Under the pieces are notes generated by a model. It saw nothing but the letters and a program-made list of their open reading frames with translations. It had not been told where the DNA came from and ran no database searches. Positions 45,455 through 55,357 of a stretch of 64,000 bases of DNA are shown in pieces. Where the stretch lies: assembly GCF_058153355.1 (NCBI RefSeq), contig NZ_CM177019.1; one strand, written 5' to 3'. The translations under genes were made by a program, and so were the position numbers. The first letter of the stretch is position 1; the number at the start of each line of letters is the position of its first letter.

Positions 45455-45455
45455 T

Positions 45456-46934
45456 ATGAGCTTACGTGAAAAAACCATCAGCGGCGCGAAGTGGTCGGCG
45501 ATTGCCACGGTGATCATCATCGGCCTCGGGCTAGTGCAGATGACCGTGCTGGCGCGGATTATCGACAATCACCAGTTCGGCCTGCTGACCGTGTCGCTGG
45601 TGATCATCGCGCTGGCAGATACGCTTTCTGACTTCGGTATCGCTAGCTCGATTATTCAGCGAAAAGAAATCAGTCACCTTGAACTCACCACGTTGTACTG
45701 GCTGAACGTCGGGCTGGGGATCGTGGTGTGCGTGGCGGTGTTTTTGTTGAGTGATCTCATCGGCGACGTGCTGAATAACCCGGACCTGGCACCGTTGATT
45801 AAAACATTGTCGTTGGCGTTTGTGGTGATCCCCCACGGGCAACAGTTTCGCGCGTTGATGCAGAAGGAGCTGGAGTTCAACAAAATCGGCATGATCGAAA
45901 CCAGCGCGGTGCTGGCAGGCTTCACTTTTACGGTGGTTAGCGCCCATTTCTGGCCGCTGGCGATGACCGCGATCCTCGGTTATCTGGTCAATAGTGCAGT
46001 AAGAACGCTGCTGTTTGGCTACTTTGGTCGAAAAATTTATCGCCCCGGTCTGCATTTCTCGCTGGCGTCGGTGGCACCAAACTTACGTTTTGGTGCCTGG
46101 CTGACGGCGGACAGCATCATCAACTATCTCAATACCAACCTTTCAACGCTGGTGCTGGCGCGTATTCTCGGCGCGGGCGTGGCAGGGGGATACAACCTGG
46201 CGTACAACGTGGCCGTTGTGCCGCCGATGAAACTGAACCCAATCATCACCCGCGTGTTGTTTCCGGCATTTGCCAAAATTCAGGACGACACCGAAAAGCT
46301 GCGCGTCAACTTCTACAAGCTGCTGTCGGTGGTGGGGATTATCAACTTTCCGGCGCTGCTGGGGCTGATGGTGGTGTCGAATAACTTTGTACCGCTGGTC
46401 TTTGGTGAGAAGTGGAACAGCATTATTCCGGTGCTGCAATTGCTGTGTGTGGTGGGGCTACTGCGCTCAGTGGGTAACCCGATTGGTTCGCTACTGATGG
46501 CGAAAGCGCGGGTCGATATCAGCTTTAAATTCAACGTATTCAAAACATTTCTGTTTATTCCGGCGATTGTTATTGGTGGGCAGATGGCGGGCGCAATCGG
46601 CGTCACGCTCGGTTTCCTGCTGGTGCAGATTATCAACACCATTCTGAGTTACTTCGTGATGATTAAACCGGTGCTCGGTTCCAGTTATCGCCAGTACATC
46701 CTGAGTTTGTGGCTGCCGTTTTATCTCTCGTTGCCGACGCTGGGGGTCAGTTATGCGCTGGGCATTGTGCTGAAAGGGCAACTGGCGCTGGGGATGCTGC
46801 TGGCGGTGCAAATAGCCGCGGGCGTGCTGGCGTTTGTGGTGATGATTGTGCTGTCGCGCCATCCGCTGGTGGTGGAAGTGAAGCGCCAGTTTTGTCGCAG
46901 CGAAAAAATGAAAATGCTTTTACGGGCGGGGTGA
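45456..46934 (+). CDS. wzxC: Colanic acid repeat-unit flippase WzxC
   Basis: 492-aa polytopic membrane protein of the polysaccharide-biosynthesis (Wzx) family. Confidence 0.9.
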   Translation: MSLREKTISGAKWSAIATVIIIGLGLVQMTVLARIIDNHQFGLLTVSLVIIALADTLSDFGIASSIIQRKEISHLELTTLYWLNVGLGIVVCVAVFLLSDLIGDVLNNPDLAPLIKTLSLAFVVIPHGQQFRALMQKELEFNKIGMIETSAVLAGFTFTVVSAHFWPLAMTAILGYLVNSAVRTLLFGYFGRKIYRPGLHFSLASVAPNLRFGAWLTADSIINYLNTNLSTLVLARILGAGVAGGYNLAYNVAVVPPMKLNPIITRVLFPAFAKIQDDTEKLRVNFYKLLSVVGIINFPALLGLMVVSNNFVPLVFGEKWNSIIPVLQLLCVVGLLRSVGNPIGSLLMAKARVDISFKFNVFKTFLFIPAIVIGGQMAGAIGVTLGFLLVQIINTILSYFVMIKPVLGSSYRQYILSLWLPFYLSLPTLGVSYALGIVLKGQLALGMLLAVQIAAGVLAFVVMIVLSRHPLVVEVKRQFCRSEKMKMLLRAG

Positions 46935-46949
46935 GTTGTTGTTTTCGGT

Positions 46950-47255
46950 TCCGACAACGGTTGCCGGGTGCAGCGTAAAACGCCTTATCCGTCCTACGGT
47001 TCTGTGCTCGGGACCTGTAGGCCTGATAAGACGCGTCAGCGTCGCATCAGGCACTGAATGCCGGATGCGGCGTGAACGCCTTATCCGTCCTACGGTTCTG
47101 TGCTCGGGACCTGTAGGCCTGATAAGACGCGTCAGCGTCGCATCAGGCACTGAATGCCGGATGCGGCGTGAACGCCTTATCCGGCCTACGGTTCTGTGCT
47201 CGGGTCTTGTAGGCCTGATAAGACGCGCCAGCGTCGCATCAGGCAAAAAGCGGCA
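46950..47255. repeat. Tandem array of three ~97-bp REP/BIME units
   Basis: The block GCCGGATGCGGCGTGAACGCCTTATCCG(T/G)CCTACGGTTCTGTGCTCGGG...GTAGGCCTGATAAGACGCG(T/C)CAGCGTCGCATCAGGCA recurs three times. Confidence 0.85.
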
Positions 47256-47305
47256 ACGAAAAAAACAAACGCAGCCTCACCTGGCATCAAATTTATGAGG
47301 AAAAA

Positions 47306-48586
47306 ATGAAATTACTTATTCTGGGCAACCACACTTGCGGCAATCGTGGCGACAGCGCCATCCTGCGCGGCTTACTTGATGCCATCAACATTCTCAATCC
47401 ACACGCCGAAGTGGATGTGATGAGCCGCTATCCGGTCAGTTCTTCCTGGCTGCTCAACCGCCCGGTAATGGGCGATCCGCTGTTCCTGCAAATGAAACAA
47501 CACAACAGCGCAGCGGGCGTTGTCGGGCGCGTTAAAAAAGTCCTCCGTCGCCGCTACCAGCATCAGGTACTGCTCTCGCGCGTCACCGACACTGGCAAGT
47601 TGCGTAATATCGCCATCGCCCAGGGATTCACTGACTTCGTGCGCCTGCTGTCAGGTTACGACGCCATTATTCAGGTCGGCGGATCGTTTTTTGTCGATCT
47701 CTACGGCGTGCCACAGTTTGAACATGCACTTTGCACGTTTATGGCGAAAAAGCCGCTGTTTATGATTGGTCACAGCGTTGGCCCGTTCCAGGATGAGCAA
47801 TTTAACCAACTGGCGAACTATGTCTTTGGTCGCTGTGACGCGCTGATCCTGCGCGAATCGGTCAGCCTTGATCTGATGAAACGCAGCAATATCACCACTG
47901 CAAAAGTTGAACATGGCGTCGATACCGCGTGGCTGGTCGATCACCACACAGAAGACTTCACCGCCAGCTATGCCGTTCAACACTGGCTGGACGTTGCCGC
48001 ACAACAGAAAACGGTAGCCATTACCCTGCGCGAACTGGCACCGTTCGACAAACGTCTCGGCACCACTCAGCAAGCGTATGAAAAAGCCTTTGCCGGGGTG
48101 GTCAATCGCATTCTCGACGAAGGGTATCAGGTGATTGCGCTCTCCACCTGTACGGGCATCGACAGCTATAACAAAGACGACCGCATGGTGGCGCTCAATC
48201 TGCGCCAGCACATCAGCGATCCTGCCCGTTATCACGTGGTGATGGATGAACTCAACGATCTGGAAATGGGCAAAATTCTCGGTGCCTGTGAACTCACCGT
48301 CGGTACGCGCCTGCACTCCGCCATTATCTCAATGAACTTTGCCACCCCGGCGATTGCCATCAACTATGAACATAAATCCGCCGGGATCATGCAGCAGCTG
48401 GGGCTGCCAGAGATGGCAATTGATATCCGTCATTTATTAGACGGCAGCCTGCAAGCGATGGTTGCGGATACCTTAGGCCAACTTCCGGCGCTGAACGCAC
48501 GACTTAATGAAGCTGTCAGTCGTGAGCGTCATACAGGAATGCAGATGGTGCAATCTGTGCTTGAACGCATCGGGGAGGTGAAATGA
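47306..48586 (+). CDS. wcaK: Colanic acid pyruvyl transferase WcaK
   Basis: 426-aa ORF MKLLILGNHTCGNRGDSAILRGLLDAI..., polysaccharide pyruvyl transferase family. Confidence 0.9.
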   Translation: MKLLILGNHTCGNRGDSAILRGLLDAINILNPHAEVDVMSRYPVSSSWLLNRPVMGDPLFLQMKQHNSAAGVVGRVKKVLRRRYQHQVLLSRVTDTGKLRNIAIAQGFTDFVRLLSGYDAIIQVGGSFFVDLYGVPQFEHALCTFMAKKPLFMIGHSVGPFQDEQFNQLANYVFGRCDALILRESVSLDLMKRSNITTAKVEHGVDTAWLVDHHTEDFTASYAVQHWLDVAAQQKTVAITLRELAPFDKRLGTTQQAYEKAFAGVVNRILDEGYQVIALSTCTGIDSYNKDDRMVALNLRQHISDPARYHVVMDELNDLEMGKILGACELTVGTRLHSAIISMNFATPAIAINYEHKSAGIMQQLGLPEMAIDIRHLLDGSLQAMVADTLGQLPALNARLNEAVSRERHTGMQMVQSVLERIGEVK

Positions 48587-49803
48587 AGGTCGGCTTCTTT
48601 TTACTGAAATTTCCGCTGTCGTCGGAAACCTTCGTCCTCAACCAAATTACCGCGTTTATTGATATGGGCTTTGAGGTGGAGATTGTCGCGCTGCAAAAAG
48701 GTGACACCCAGAACACCCACGCGGCATGGACGAAATACAACCTTGCCGCCAGAACCCGCTGGTTACAGGACGAACCTACGGGCAAAGTGGCGAAGCTGCG
48801 CCACCGCGCCAGCCAGACCTTACGCGGCATTCATCGTAAAAATACCTGGCATGCGCTCAACCTCAAACGCTATGGTGCCGAGTCGCGGAACCTGATTTTG
48901 TCTGCCATTTGTGGTCAGGTCGCAACACCGTTTCGCGCCGATGTGTTCATCGCTCATTTTGGCCCTGCGGGGGTAACCGCAGCAAAACTACGCGAACTGG
49001 GTGTCATTCGCGGCAAAATTGCCACCATCTTCCACGGTATTGATATCTCCAGTCGGGAAGTGCTCAACCACTACACTCCCGAATATCAACAACTGTTTCG
49101 CCGTGGCGACCTGATGTTACCGATAAGCGATCTGTGGGCCGGAAGGCTGCAAAAAATGGGCTGCCCCAGAGAAAAAATCGCCGTATCGCGCATGGGCGTG
49201 GACATGACGCGCTTTAGCCTGCGTCCGGTGAAAGCACCCGCAACGCCGCTGGAAATCATTTCCGTCGCACGCTTAACCGAGAAAAAAGGTCTGCATGTGG
49301 CGATTGAAGCCTGCCGTCAGTTGAAAGAGCAGGGCGTGGCATTTCGCTATCGCATCCTCGGCATTGGCCCGTGGGAAAGACGCCTGCGCACCCTCATCGA
49401 ACAATATCAACTGGAAGATGTGATAGAGATGCCAGGCTTTAAACCGAGCCATGAAGTGAAGGCGATGCTCGACGACGCGGATGTCTTCCTGTTGCCATCG
49501 GTAACGGGTGCGGACGGCGATATGGAAGGCATTCCGGTGGCGCTGATGGAGGCGATGGCGGTCGGCATTCCGGTAGTTTCTACTCTGCATAGCGGAATTC
49601 CGGAACTGGTAGAGGCCGATAAATCCGGCTGGCTGGTGCCTGAGAACGATGCTCGCGCACTGGCGCAACGACTGGCGACGTTTAGCCAACTGAACACCGA
49701 CGAACTGGCTCCGGTCGTCAAACGTGCTCGCGAAAAAGTCGAACATGATTTTAACCAGCAGGTGATTAATCGAGAACTCGCCAGCTTGCTGCAAGCTTTA
49801 TAG
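48583..49803 (+). CDS. wcaL: Colanic acid glycosyltransferase WcaL (GT4)
   Basis: 406-aa ORF overlapping the wcaK stop by 4 bp; GT-B fold. Confidence 0.9.
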   Translation: MKVGFFLLKFPLSSETFVLNQITAFIDMGFEVEIVALQKGDTQNTHAAWTKYNLAARTRWLQDEPTGKVAKLRHRASQTLRGIHRKNTWHALNLKRYGAESRNLILSAICGQVATPFRADVFIAHFGPAGVTAAKLRELGVIRGKIATIFHGIDISSREVLNHYTPEYQQLFRRGDLMLPISDLWAGRLQKMGCPREKIAVSRMGVDMTRFSLRPVKAPATPLEIISVARLTEKKGLHVAIEACRQLKEQGVAFRYRILGIGPWERRLRTLIEQYQLEDVIEMPGFKPSHEVKAMLDDADVFLLPSVTGADGDMEGIPVALMEAMAVGIPVVSTLHSGIPELVEADKSGWLVPENDARALAQRLATFSQLNTDELAPVVKRAREKVEHDFNQQVINRELASLLQAL

Positions 49804-49813
49804 AGGAGAAAGC

Positions 49814-51208
49814 ATGCCATTTAAAAAACTCTCCCGACGTACCTTCCTGACGGCAAGCTCCGCGCTTGCCTTCCTCCATACCCCTTTCGCCCGTGCACTT
49901 CCCGTCCGACAAAGCGTTAATATCAGTGACTACAATCCGCACGACTGGATCGCCTCATTTAAGCAGGCCTTCAGCGAAGGGCAAACGGTCGTCGTGCCTG
50001 CCGGATTTGTTTGTGACAACATTAATACCGGTATCTTCATCCCTGCCGGTAAAGCAATACGCATCCTCGGTAGCCTGCGCGGCAACGGCAAAGGGCGATT
50101 TGTCTTACAGGACGGCAGCCAGGTGACAGGGGAGAAGGGCGGCAGTATGCATAACATCACCCTGGATGTGCGTGGTTCTGACTGCACCATCAAAGGGCTG
50201 ACTATGAGCGGCTTTGGGCCGGTAACGCAGATTTACATCGGGGGAAAAAACAAACGGGTCATGCGTAACCTGACCATCGATAACCTCACTGTCAGCCACG
50301 CTAATTACGCCATTTTACGCCAGGGATTTCATAACCAGATTATCGGTGCCAACATCACCAATTGTAAGTTCAGTGACTTACAGGGCGACGCCATTGAATG
50401 GAATGTGGCGATTAACGACAGTGATATTTTGATATCTGACCATGTCATCGAGCGCATCAACTGTACCAACGGCAAAATCAACTGGGGCATCGGCATAGGT
50501 CTTGCGGGAAGCACTTATGATAATAATTACCCGGAAGACCAGGCAGTGAAAAACTTTGTCGTGGCGAATATCACGGGATCGGATTGTCGGCAGTTGATCC
50601 ATGTTGAAAATGGTAAACATTTTGTTATTCGTAATATCAAAGCCCGCAATATCACGCCGGATTTCAGTAAGAAAGCAGGTATTGATAACGCCACAGTCGC
50701 TATTTACGGTTGTGACAATTTCGTGATTGATAATATTGAAATGATTAATAGCGCCGGAATGTTAATCGGCTATGGGGTAATTAAAGGCAAATATCTCTCG
50801 ATACCGCAAAATTTCCGAGTGAATAATATTCAACTGGATAACACCCATCTTGCTTATAAATTGCGCGGCATCCAAATCTCCGCCGGGAATGCTCTCTCCT
50901 TTGTGGCACTGACTAACATTGAGATGAAGCGTGCGTCGCTGGAGTTACACAACAAACCGCAACATCTTTTTATGCGAAATATCAAGGTGATGCAGGAATC
51001 CTCAGTTGGACCCGCATTGAGCATGAACTTCGACATGCGCAAAGACGTTCGCGGCGTCTTTATGGCGAAAGAAGAAACACTGCTGTCTCTTGCAAATGTT
51101 CATGCGGTGAATGAAAGAGGGCAAAGCTCCGTCGATATCGACAGGATTAATCACCATATTGTTAATGTGGAAAAGATTAACTTTAGATTGCCGGAACGGT
51201 GGGAGTAG
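49814..51208 (+). CDS. wcaM: Colanic acid biosynthesis protein WcaM (Tat-type signal, beta-helix-like)
   Basis: 464-aa ORF with twin-arginine-like signal [15 protein letters not shown]; last gene of the colanic acid cluster. Confidence 0.88.
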   Translation: MPFKKLSRRTFLTASSALAFLHTPFARALPVRQSVNISDYNPHDWIASFKQAFSEGQTVVVPAGFVCDNINTGIFIPAGKAIRILGSLRGNGKGRFVLQDGSQVTGEKGGSMHNITLDVRGSDCTIKGLTMSGFGPVTQIYIGGKNKRVMRNLTIDNLTVSHANYAILRQGFHNQIIGANITNCKFSDLQGDAIEWNVAINDSDILISDHVIERINCTNGKINWGIGIGLAGSTYDNNYPEDQAVKNFVVANITGSDCRQLIHVENGKHFVIRNIKARNITPDFSKKAGIDNATVAIYGCDNFVIDNIEMINSAGMLIGYGVIKGKYLSIPQNFRVNNIQLDNTHLAYKLRGIQISAGNALSFVALTNIEMKRASLELHNKPQHLFMRNIKVMQESSVGPALSMNFDMRKDVRGVFMAKEETLLSLANVHAVNERGQSSVDIDRINHHIVNVEKINFRLPERWE

Positions 51209-51365
51209 ATTTGCGACCATTCATAAACTTACTGGATATAATGTTCTAAAAGATTATAATCCTCACACTAACTGTTAAAGCTGGGGCTGGGCAGCATTGA
51301 CTACTCAGGGAAGGTACTCATCTTTATCTTGTGTTTCTTACGTAACAACCAGACTAAAGTGATTT

Positions 51366-52361
51366 ATGAACGATAACGTTTTGCTCATAGGAGCTTCCGG
51401 ATTCGTAGGAACCCGACTACTTGAAACGGCAATTGCTGACTTTAATATCAAGAACCTGGACAAACAGCAGAGCCACTTTTATCCAGAAATCACACAGATT
51501 GGCGATGTTCGTGATCAACAGGCACTCGACCAGGCGTTAGCCGGTTTTGACACTGTTGTGCTACTGGCAGCGGAACACCGCGATGACGTCAGCCCTACTT
51601 CTCTCTATTATGATGTCAATGTTCAGGGTACCCGCAATGTGCTGGCGGCCATGGAAAAAAATGGCGTTAAAAATATCATCTTTACCAGTTCCGTTGCTGT
51701 TTATGGTTTGAACAAACACAACCCTGACGAAAACCATCCACACGACCCTTTCAACCACTACGGCAAAAGTAAGTGGCAGGCAGAGGAAGTGCTGCGTGAA
51801 TGGTATAACAAAGCACCAACAGAACGTTCATTAACCATCATCCGTCCTACCGTTATCTTCGGTGAACGCAACCGCGGTAACGTCTATAACTTGCTGAAAC
51901 AGATCGCTGGCGGCAAGTTTATGATGGTGGGCGCAGGGACTAACTATAAGTCCATGGCTTATGTTGGAAACATTGTTGAGTTTATCAAGTACAAACTGAA
52001 GAATGTTGCCGCAGGTTATGAGGTTTATAACTACGTTGATAAGCCAGACCTGAACATGAACCAGTTGGTTGCTGAAGTTGAACAAAGCCTGAACAAAAAG
52101 ATCCCTTCTATGCACTTGCCTTACCCACTAGGAATGCTGGGTGGATATTGCTTTGATATCCTGAGCAAAATTACGGGCAAAAAATACGCTGTCAGCTCAG
52201 TGCGCGTGAAAAAATTCTGCGCAACAACACAGTTTGACGCAACGAAAGTGCATTCTTCAGGTTTTGTGGCACCGTATACGCTGTCGCAAGGTCTGGATCG
52301 AACTCTGCAGTATGAATTCGTCCATGCCAAAAAAGACGACATAACGTTTGTTTCTGAGTAA
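51366..52361 (+). CDS. gne: NAD-dependent sugar nucleotide epimerase, probably UDP-GlcNAc 4-epimerase (Gne-like)
   Basis: 331-aa ORF; Rossmann motif LIGASGFVG; sits between wcaM and galF, where gne lies in several E. coli serogroups with GalNAc-containing O antigens. Family call is solid; substrate is inferred. Confidence 0.6.
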   Translation: MNDNVLLIGASGFVGTRLLETAIADFNIKNLDKQQSHFYPEITQIGDVRDQQALDQALAGFDTVVLLAAEHRDDVSPTSLYYDVNVQGTRNVLAAMEKNGVKNIIFTSSVAVYGLNKHNPDENHPHDPFNHYGKSKWQAEEVLREWYNKAPTERSLTIIRPTVIFGERNRGNVYNLLKQIAGGKFMMVGAGTNYKSMAYVGNIVEFIKYKLKNVAAGYEVYNYVDKPDLNMNQLVAEVEQSLNKKIPSMHLPYPLGMLGGYCFDILSKITGKKYAVSSVRVKKFCATTQFDATKVHSSGFVAPYTLSQGLDRTLQYEFVHAKKDDITFVSE

Positions 52362-52603
52362 TGCAGGCGAGTCAGAGAAAAAAGGACCAGGTTGGACTAC
52401 GATTATTCGGAAAGAGGTACTGATTAAATTATCAGTATGTGGATTTCCGAGTAATCCGAGTAACCCAGATGCTGATGGTGTGTAGTGTTATCGTAAGGTT
52501 TAATCAAAGTTATGCGGAACTAAGCTTTGCTATATAGCCATAACGCTTGGCTAACCTATGGCAATAATTTACGCACTATCAGCCACTTAGAGGTAGGAAA
52601 ATA

Positions 52604-53497
52604 ATGACGAATTTAAAAGCAGTTATACCGGTAGCAGGTCTTGGGATGCATATGTTGCCTGCCACTAAGGCGATTCCCAAAGAGATGCTACCGATCGTCG
52701 ACAAGCCAATGATTCAGTACATTGTTGACGAGATTGTGGCTGCAGGGATCAAAGAAATCCTCCTGGTAACTCACGCGTCCAAGAACGCGGTCGAAAACCA
52801 CTTCGACACCTCTTATGAATTAGAATCTCTCCTTGAGCAGCGCGTGAAGCGTCAACTGTTGGCGGAAGTACAATCTATCTGTCCGCCGGGCGTGACCATT
52901 ATGAACGTGCGTCAGGGTGAACCTTTAGGTTTAGGCCACTCCATCTTATGTGCGCGACCTGCCATTGGTGACAACCCATTTATCGTGGTACTGCCAGACG
53001 TAGTGATCGACGACGCCAGCGCCGACCCGCTGCGCTACAACCTTGCTGCCATGATTGCGCGCTTCAACGAAACGGGCCGTAGCCAGGTGCTGGCAAAACG
53101 TATGCCGGGTGACCTCTCTGAATACTCCGTCATCCAGACCAAAGAACCGCTGGACCGTGAAGGTAAAGTCAGCCGCATTGTTGAATTTATCGAAAAACCG
53201 GATCAGCCGCAGACGCTGGACTCAGACATCATGGCCGTAGGTCGCTATGTGCTTTCTGCCGATATTTGGCCGGAACTAGAACGCACTCAGCCTGGTGCAT
53301 GGGGGCGTATTCAGCTGACTGATGCTATTGCCGAACTGGCGAAAAAACAGTCCGTTGATGCCATGCTGATGACTGGAGACAGCTACGACTGCGGTAAAAA
53401 AATGGGCTATATGCAGGCGTTTGTGAAGTACGGACTGCGTAACCTGAAAGAAGGGGCGAAGTTCCGCAAAGGTATTGAGAGGTTGTTGAATGATTAA
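52604..53497 (+). CDS. galF: UTP-glucose-1-phosphate uridylyltransferase regulatory paralog GalF
   Basis: 297-aa ORF; nucleotidyltransferase N-terminus [26 protein letters not shown]; canonical 5' flank of the O-antigen locus. Confidence 0.92.
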   Translation: MTNLKAVIPVAGLGMHMLPATKAIPKEMLPIVDKPMIQYIVDEIVAAGIKEILLVTHASKNAVENHFDTSYELESLLEQRVKRQLLAEVQSICPPGVTIMNVRQGEPLGLGHSILCARPAIGDNPFIVVLPDVVIDDASADPLRYNLAAMIARFNETGRSQVLAKRMPGDLSEYSVIQTKEPLDREGKVSRIVEFIEKPDQPQTLDSDIMAVGRYVLSADIWPELERTQPGAWGRIQLTDAIAELAKKQSVDAMLMTGDSYDCGKKMGYMQAFVKYGLRNLKEGAKFRKGIERLLND

Positions 53498-53746
53498 AAA
53501 CATGAACAAATATAACGGTAAATAAGAGAAATTGTAACGGCAGTGAGGATTTGCGGCGAAGCTCAAACGTGGCGAATATCCCTGTCGTTATTTATTAATA
53601 AATCATCGTACTAACAATGGAATAAAAAAGTGCCTTGTTTTAAGTTTTACAGGATATTCCTTGTTTCTGGAGGAGATTGATAAGACAATCAGCATCTGAA
53701 TTTATCAGAACTTGTGTGTCTTGCTGATTACATTGTTATATTCATG

Positions 53747-53785
53747 TAGTGTACTGGTAGCTGTGGAGCCAGGGGCGGTAGCGTG
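53747..53785 (+). promoter_or_regulatory. JUMPstart element with ops motif (GGCGGTAGCGTG at 53774-53785) heading the O-antigen cluster
   Basis: TAGTGTACTGGTAGCTGTGGAGCCAGGGGCGGTAGCGTG, ~60 bp upstream of wzx; near-identical core to the copy upstream of wza. Confidence 0.78.
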
Positions 53786-53842
53786 CATTAATATTCACAA
53801 TATATTCTTTTAAATGTAAGCAGAATTAATCGAACCTAAATA

Positions 53843-55357
53843 ATGTCACGTAACAAAATAATCATAAAGAATACTATGTTTTTGGCAACAAGAACCTTAG
53901 TTTCTTTAAGTGTTTCATTTTACACAACAAGAATAGTTATACAACAGTTGGGGGCGGCAGACTATGGCTTATTTAATATCATTTATGGAGTTGTAACATT
54001 TTTTACATTCGTAGTCACCGCGATGAATGATTCTGTACAGCGTTATATTGCAATAGGTGTTGGTTCACAAAAAATATCGGTTATTAGAGATGCTGTAAAA
54101 AATAGTATGTTTATATTTGTTATATCTGCTTTCATATTGGCAGTATGTCTTCTTTTGGCAAGGGGGGTGATCATACATAATATTTTAAATATACCTAAAG
54201 ATTCTATTGAAAATGCAAGTGTGTTATATTTGGTTGCAGTATTTTCAATAACCATACTTATAATTCAGACGCCACTTAATGCGATGGTGTTAGCATACGA
54301 GAAAATGTCATTTTACGCATACATGATGATATTTGAAATGGTAGCTAAAATGAGTATGGCTTTGTTACTAACTTTACTGGAAAAAGATAAGGTCATTGTA
54401 TATTCAATACTTTTAGGTTCTATTTCTTTTTTTAACTTGTTGGTTTATTTATGCTACTGCTTGATATGTTTTAAAAAATCAATGTTTGGTGGGAGAATAA
54501 AATTTAGAGTGCTGAAAGAAATTTCAACTTTTTCATTTTGGAATATATTTGGTAATTTCTCTTACATGTGCAGAGTTCAGGGAGTGAACATTGTAATTAA
54601 TATGTTTTACGCTATAGCCGTGAATGCAGCATATGCGATTTCGATTACTGTTTTAAATGCAATTAATACACTTACGCAATCATTAATTACAGCATTAAGG
54701 CCTCAAATATTTAAATCATATGGCGAATGTGATTTAAAAAGATATAATCATCTAGTTCTCTTTGGTTCAAAATATACATTTTCAATATTGTTTCTGTTAA
54801 GTAGCCCTGTAATTCTATGTGCGGATGAGTTGTTAAAGATATGGCTTGATATTGTACCAGATTATACAGTTGAATTTGTGAGGTTGGTCATTGTTGTGGC
54901 TTTTATTGATAGTTTTTCATATAGCATGATTGCTGGTATTCAGGCTACGGGTAGGATTAAAACATATCAACTAGTTGTTAGTTTAATTGTCCTAATTAAT
55001 TTGCCGTTAACCTTTATTTTGTTTAAGGCAGGAAATAATGTTTTAAGTATGTTTTATCCATTTATTGTTACTGCCATTATCAATCAAGGTTTAAGGTTGT
55101 ATTTTATCTATATCAATGCAGGTTTTGATTATAAGAAGTATTTCACTGTTGTGATCTATCCTTGCTTGTTAGCTGTATGCTTATCGTTAGTGACAGATAT
55201 TTCAATTAAAAAAATGCTTCCATTTAACAGTGTTATTGATGTTTTAATTGTGTGTATTTTTATTTTTTCATTCAATACAATAATTTTTTATTGGGTTGTA
55301 GTTTCTAAAAAGGAAAAAAAATGGTTATTAGAAACCCTGAAAAGAAAAGTGAAATAA
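53843..55357 (+). CDS. wzx: O-antigen flippase Wzx (polysaccharide biosynthesis / MOP family)
   Basis: 504-aa AT-rich ORF, almost entirely hydrophobic with ~12 predicted TM helices; first gene after galF and JUMPstart. Confidence 0.7.
   Translation: MSRNKIIIKNTMFLATRTLVSLSVSFYTTRIVIQQLGAADYGLFNIIYGVVTFFTFVVTAMNDSVQRYIAIGVGSQKISVIRDAVKNSMFIFVISAFILAVCLLLARGVIIHNILNIPKDSIENASVLYLVAVFSITILIIQTPLNAMVLAYEKMSFYAYMMIFEMVAKMSMALLLTLLEKDKVIVYSILLGSISFFNLLVYLCYCLICFKKSMFGGRIKFRVLKEISTFSFWNIFGNFSYMCRVQGVNIVINMFYAIAVNAAYAISITVLNAINTLTQSLITALRPQIFKSYGECDLKRYNHLVLFGSKYTFSILFLLSSPVILCADELLKIWLDIVPDYTVEFVRLVIVVAFIDSFSYSMIAGIQATGRIKTYQLVVSLIVLINLPLTFILFKAGNNVLSMFYPFIVTAIINQGLRLYFIYINAGFDYKKYFTVVIYPCLLAVCLSLVTDISIKKMLPFNSVIDVLIVCIFIFSFNTIIFYWVVVSKKEKKWLLETLKRKVK

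Noticed and set aside
46920-47298. ORFs of 108 aa and 120 aa spanning the REP array
   Set aside because: The translations are internally repetitive because they read through tandem REP units; artefacts of repeat DNA.
47651-48316. 221-aa minus-strand ORF inside wcaK
   Set aside because: Antisense to the pyruvyl transferase gene; no motifs.
49273-49820. Minus-strand ORFs (173 aa and 137 aa) inside wcaL
   Set aside because: Antisense shadow ORFs in GC-rich coding sequence.
55321-55357. 37-bp overlap between the wzx 3' end and the FrhB-like ORF, considered as a possible frameshift or fusion
   Set aside because: The two reading frames differ and both proteins have complete, independent domain content; short overlaps are common in O-antigen clusters. 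The real start of the downstream gene may simply lie a little further downstream.
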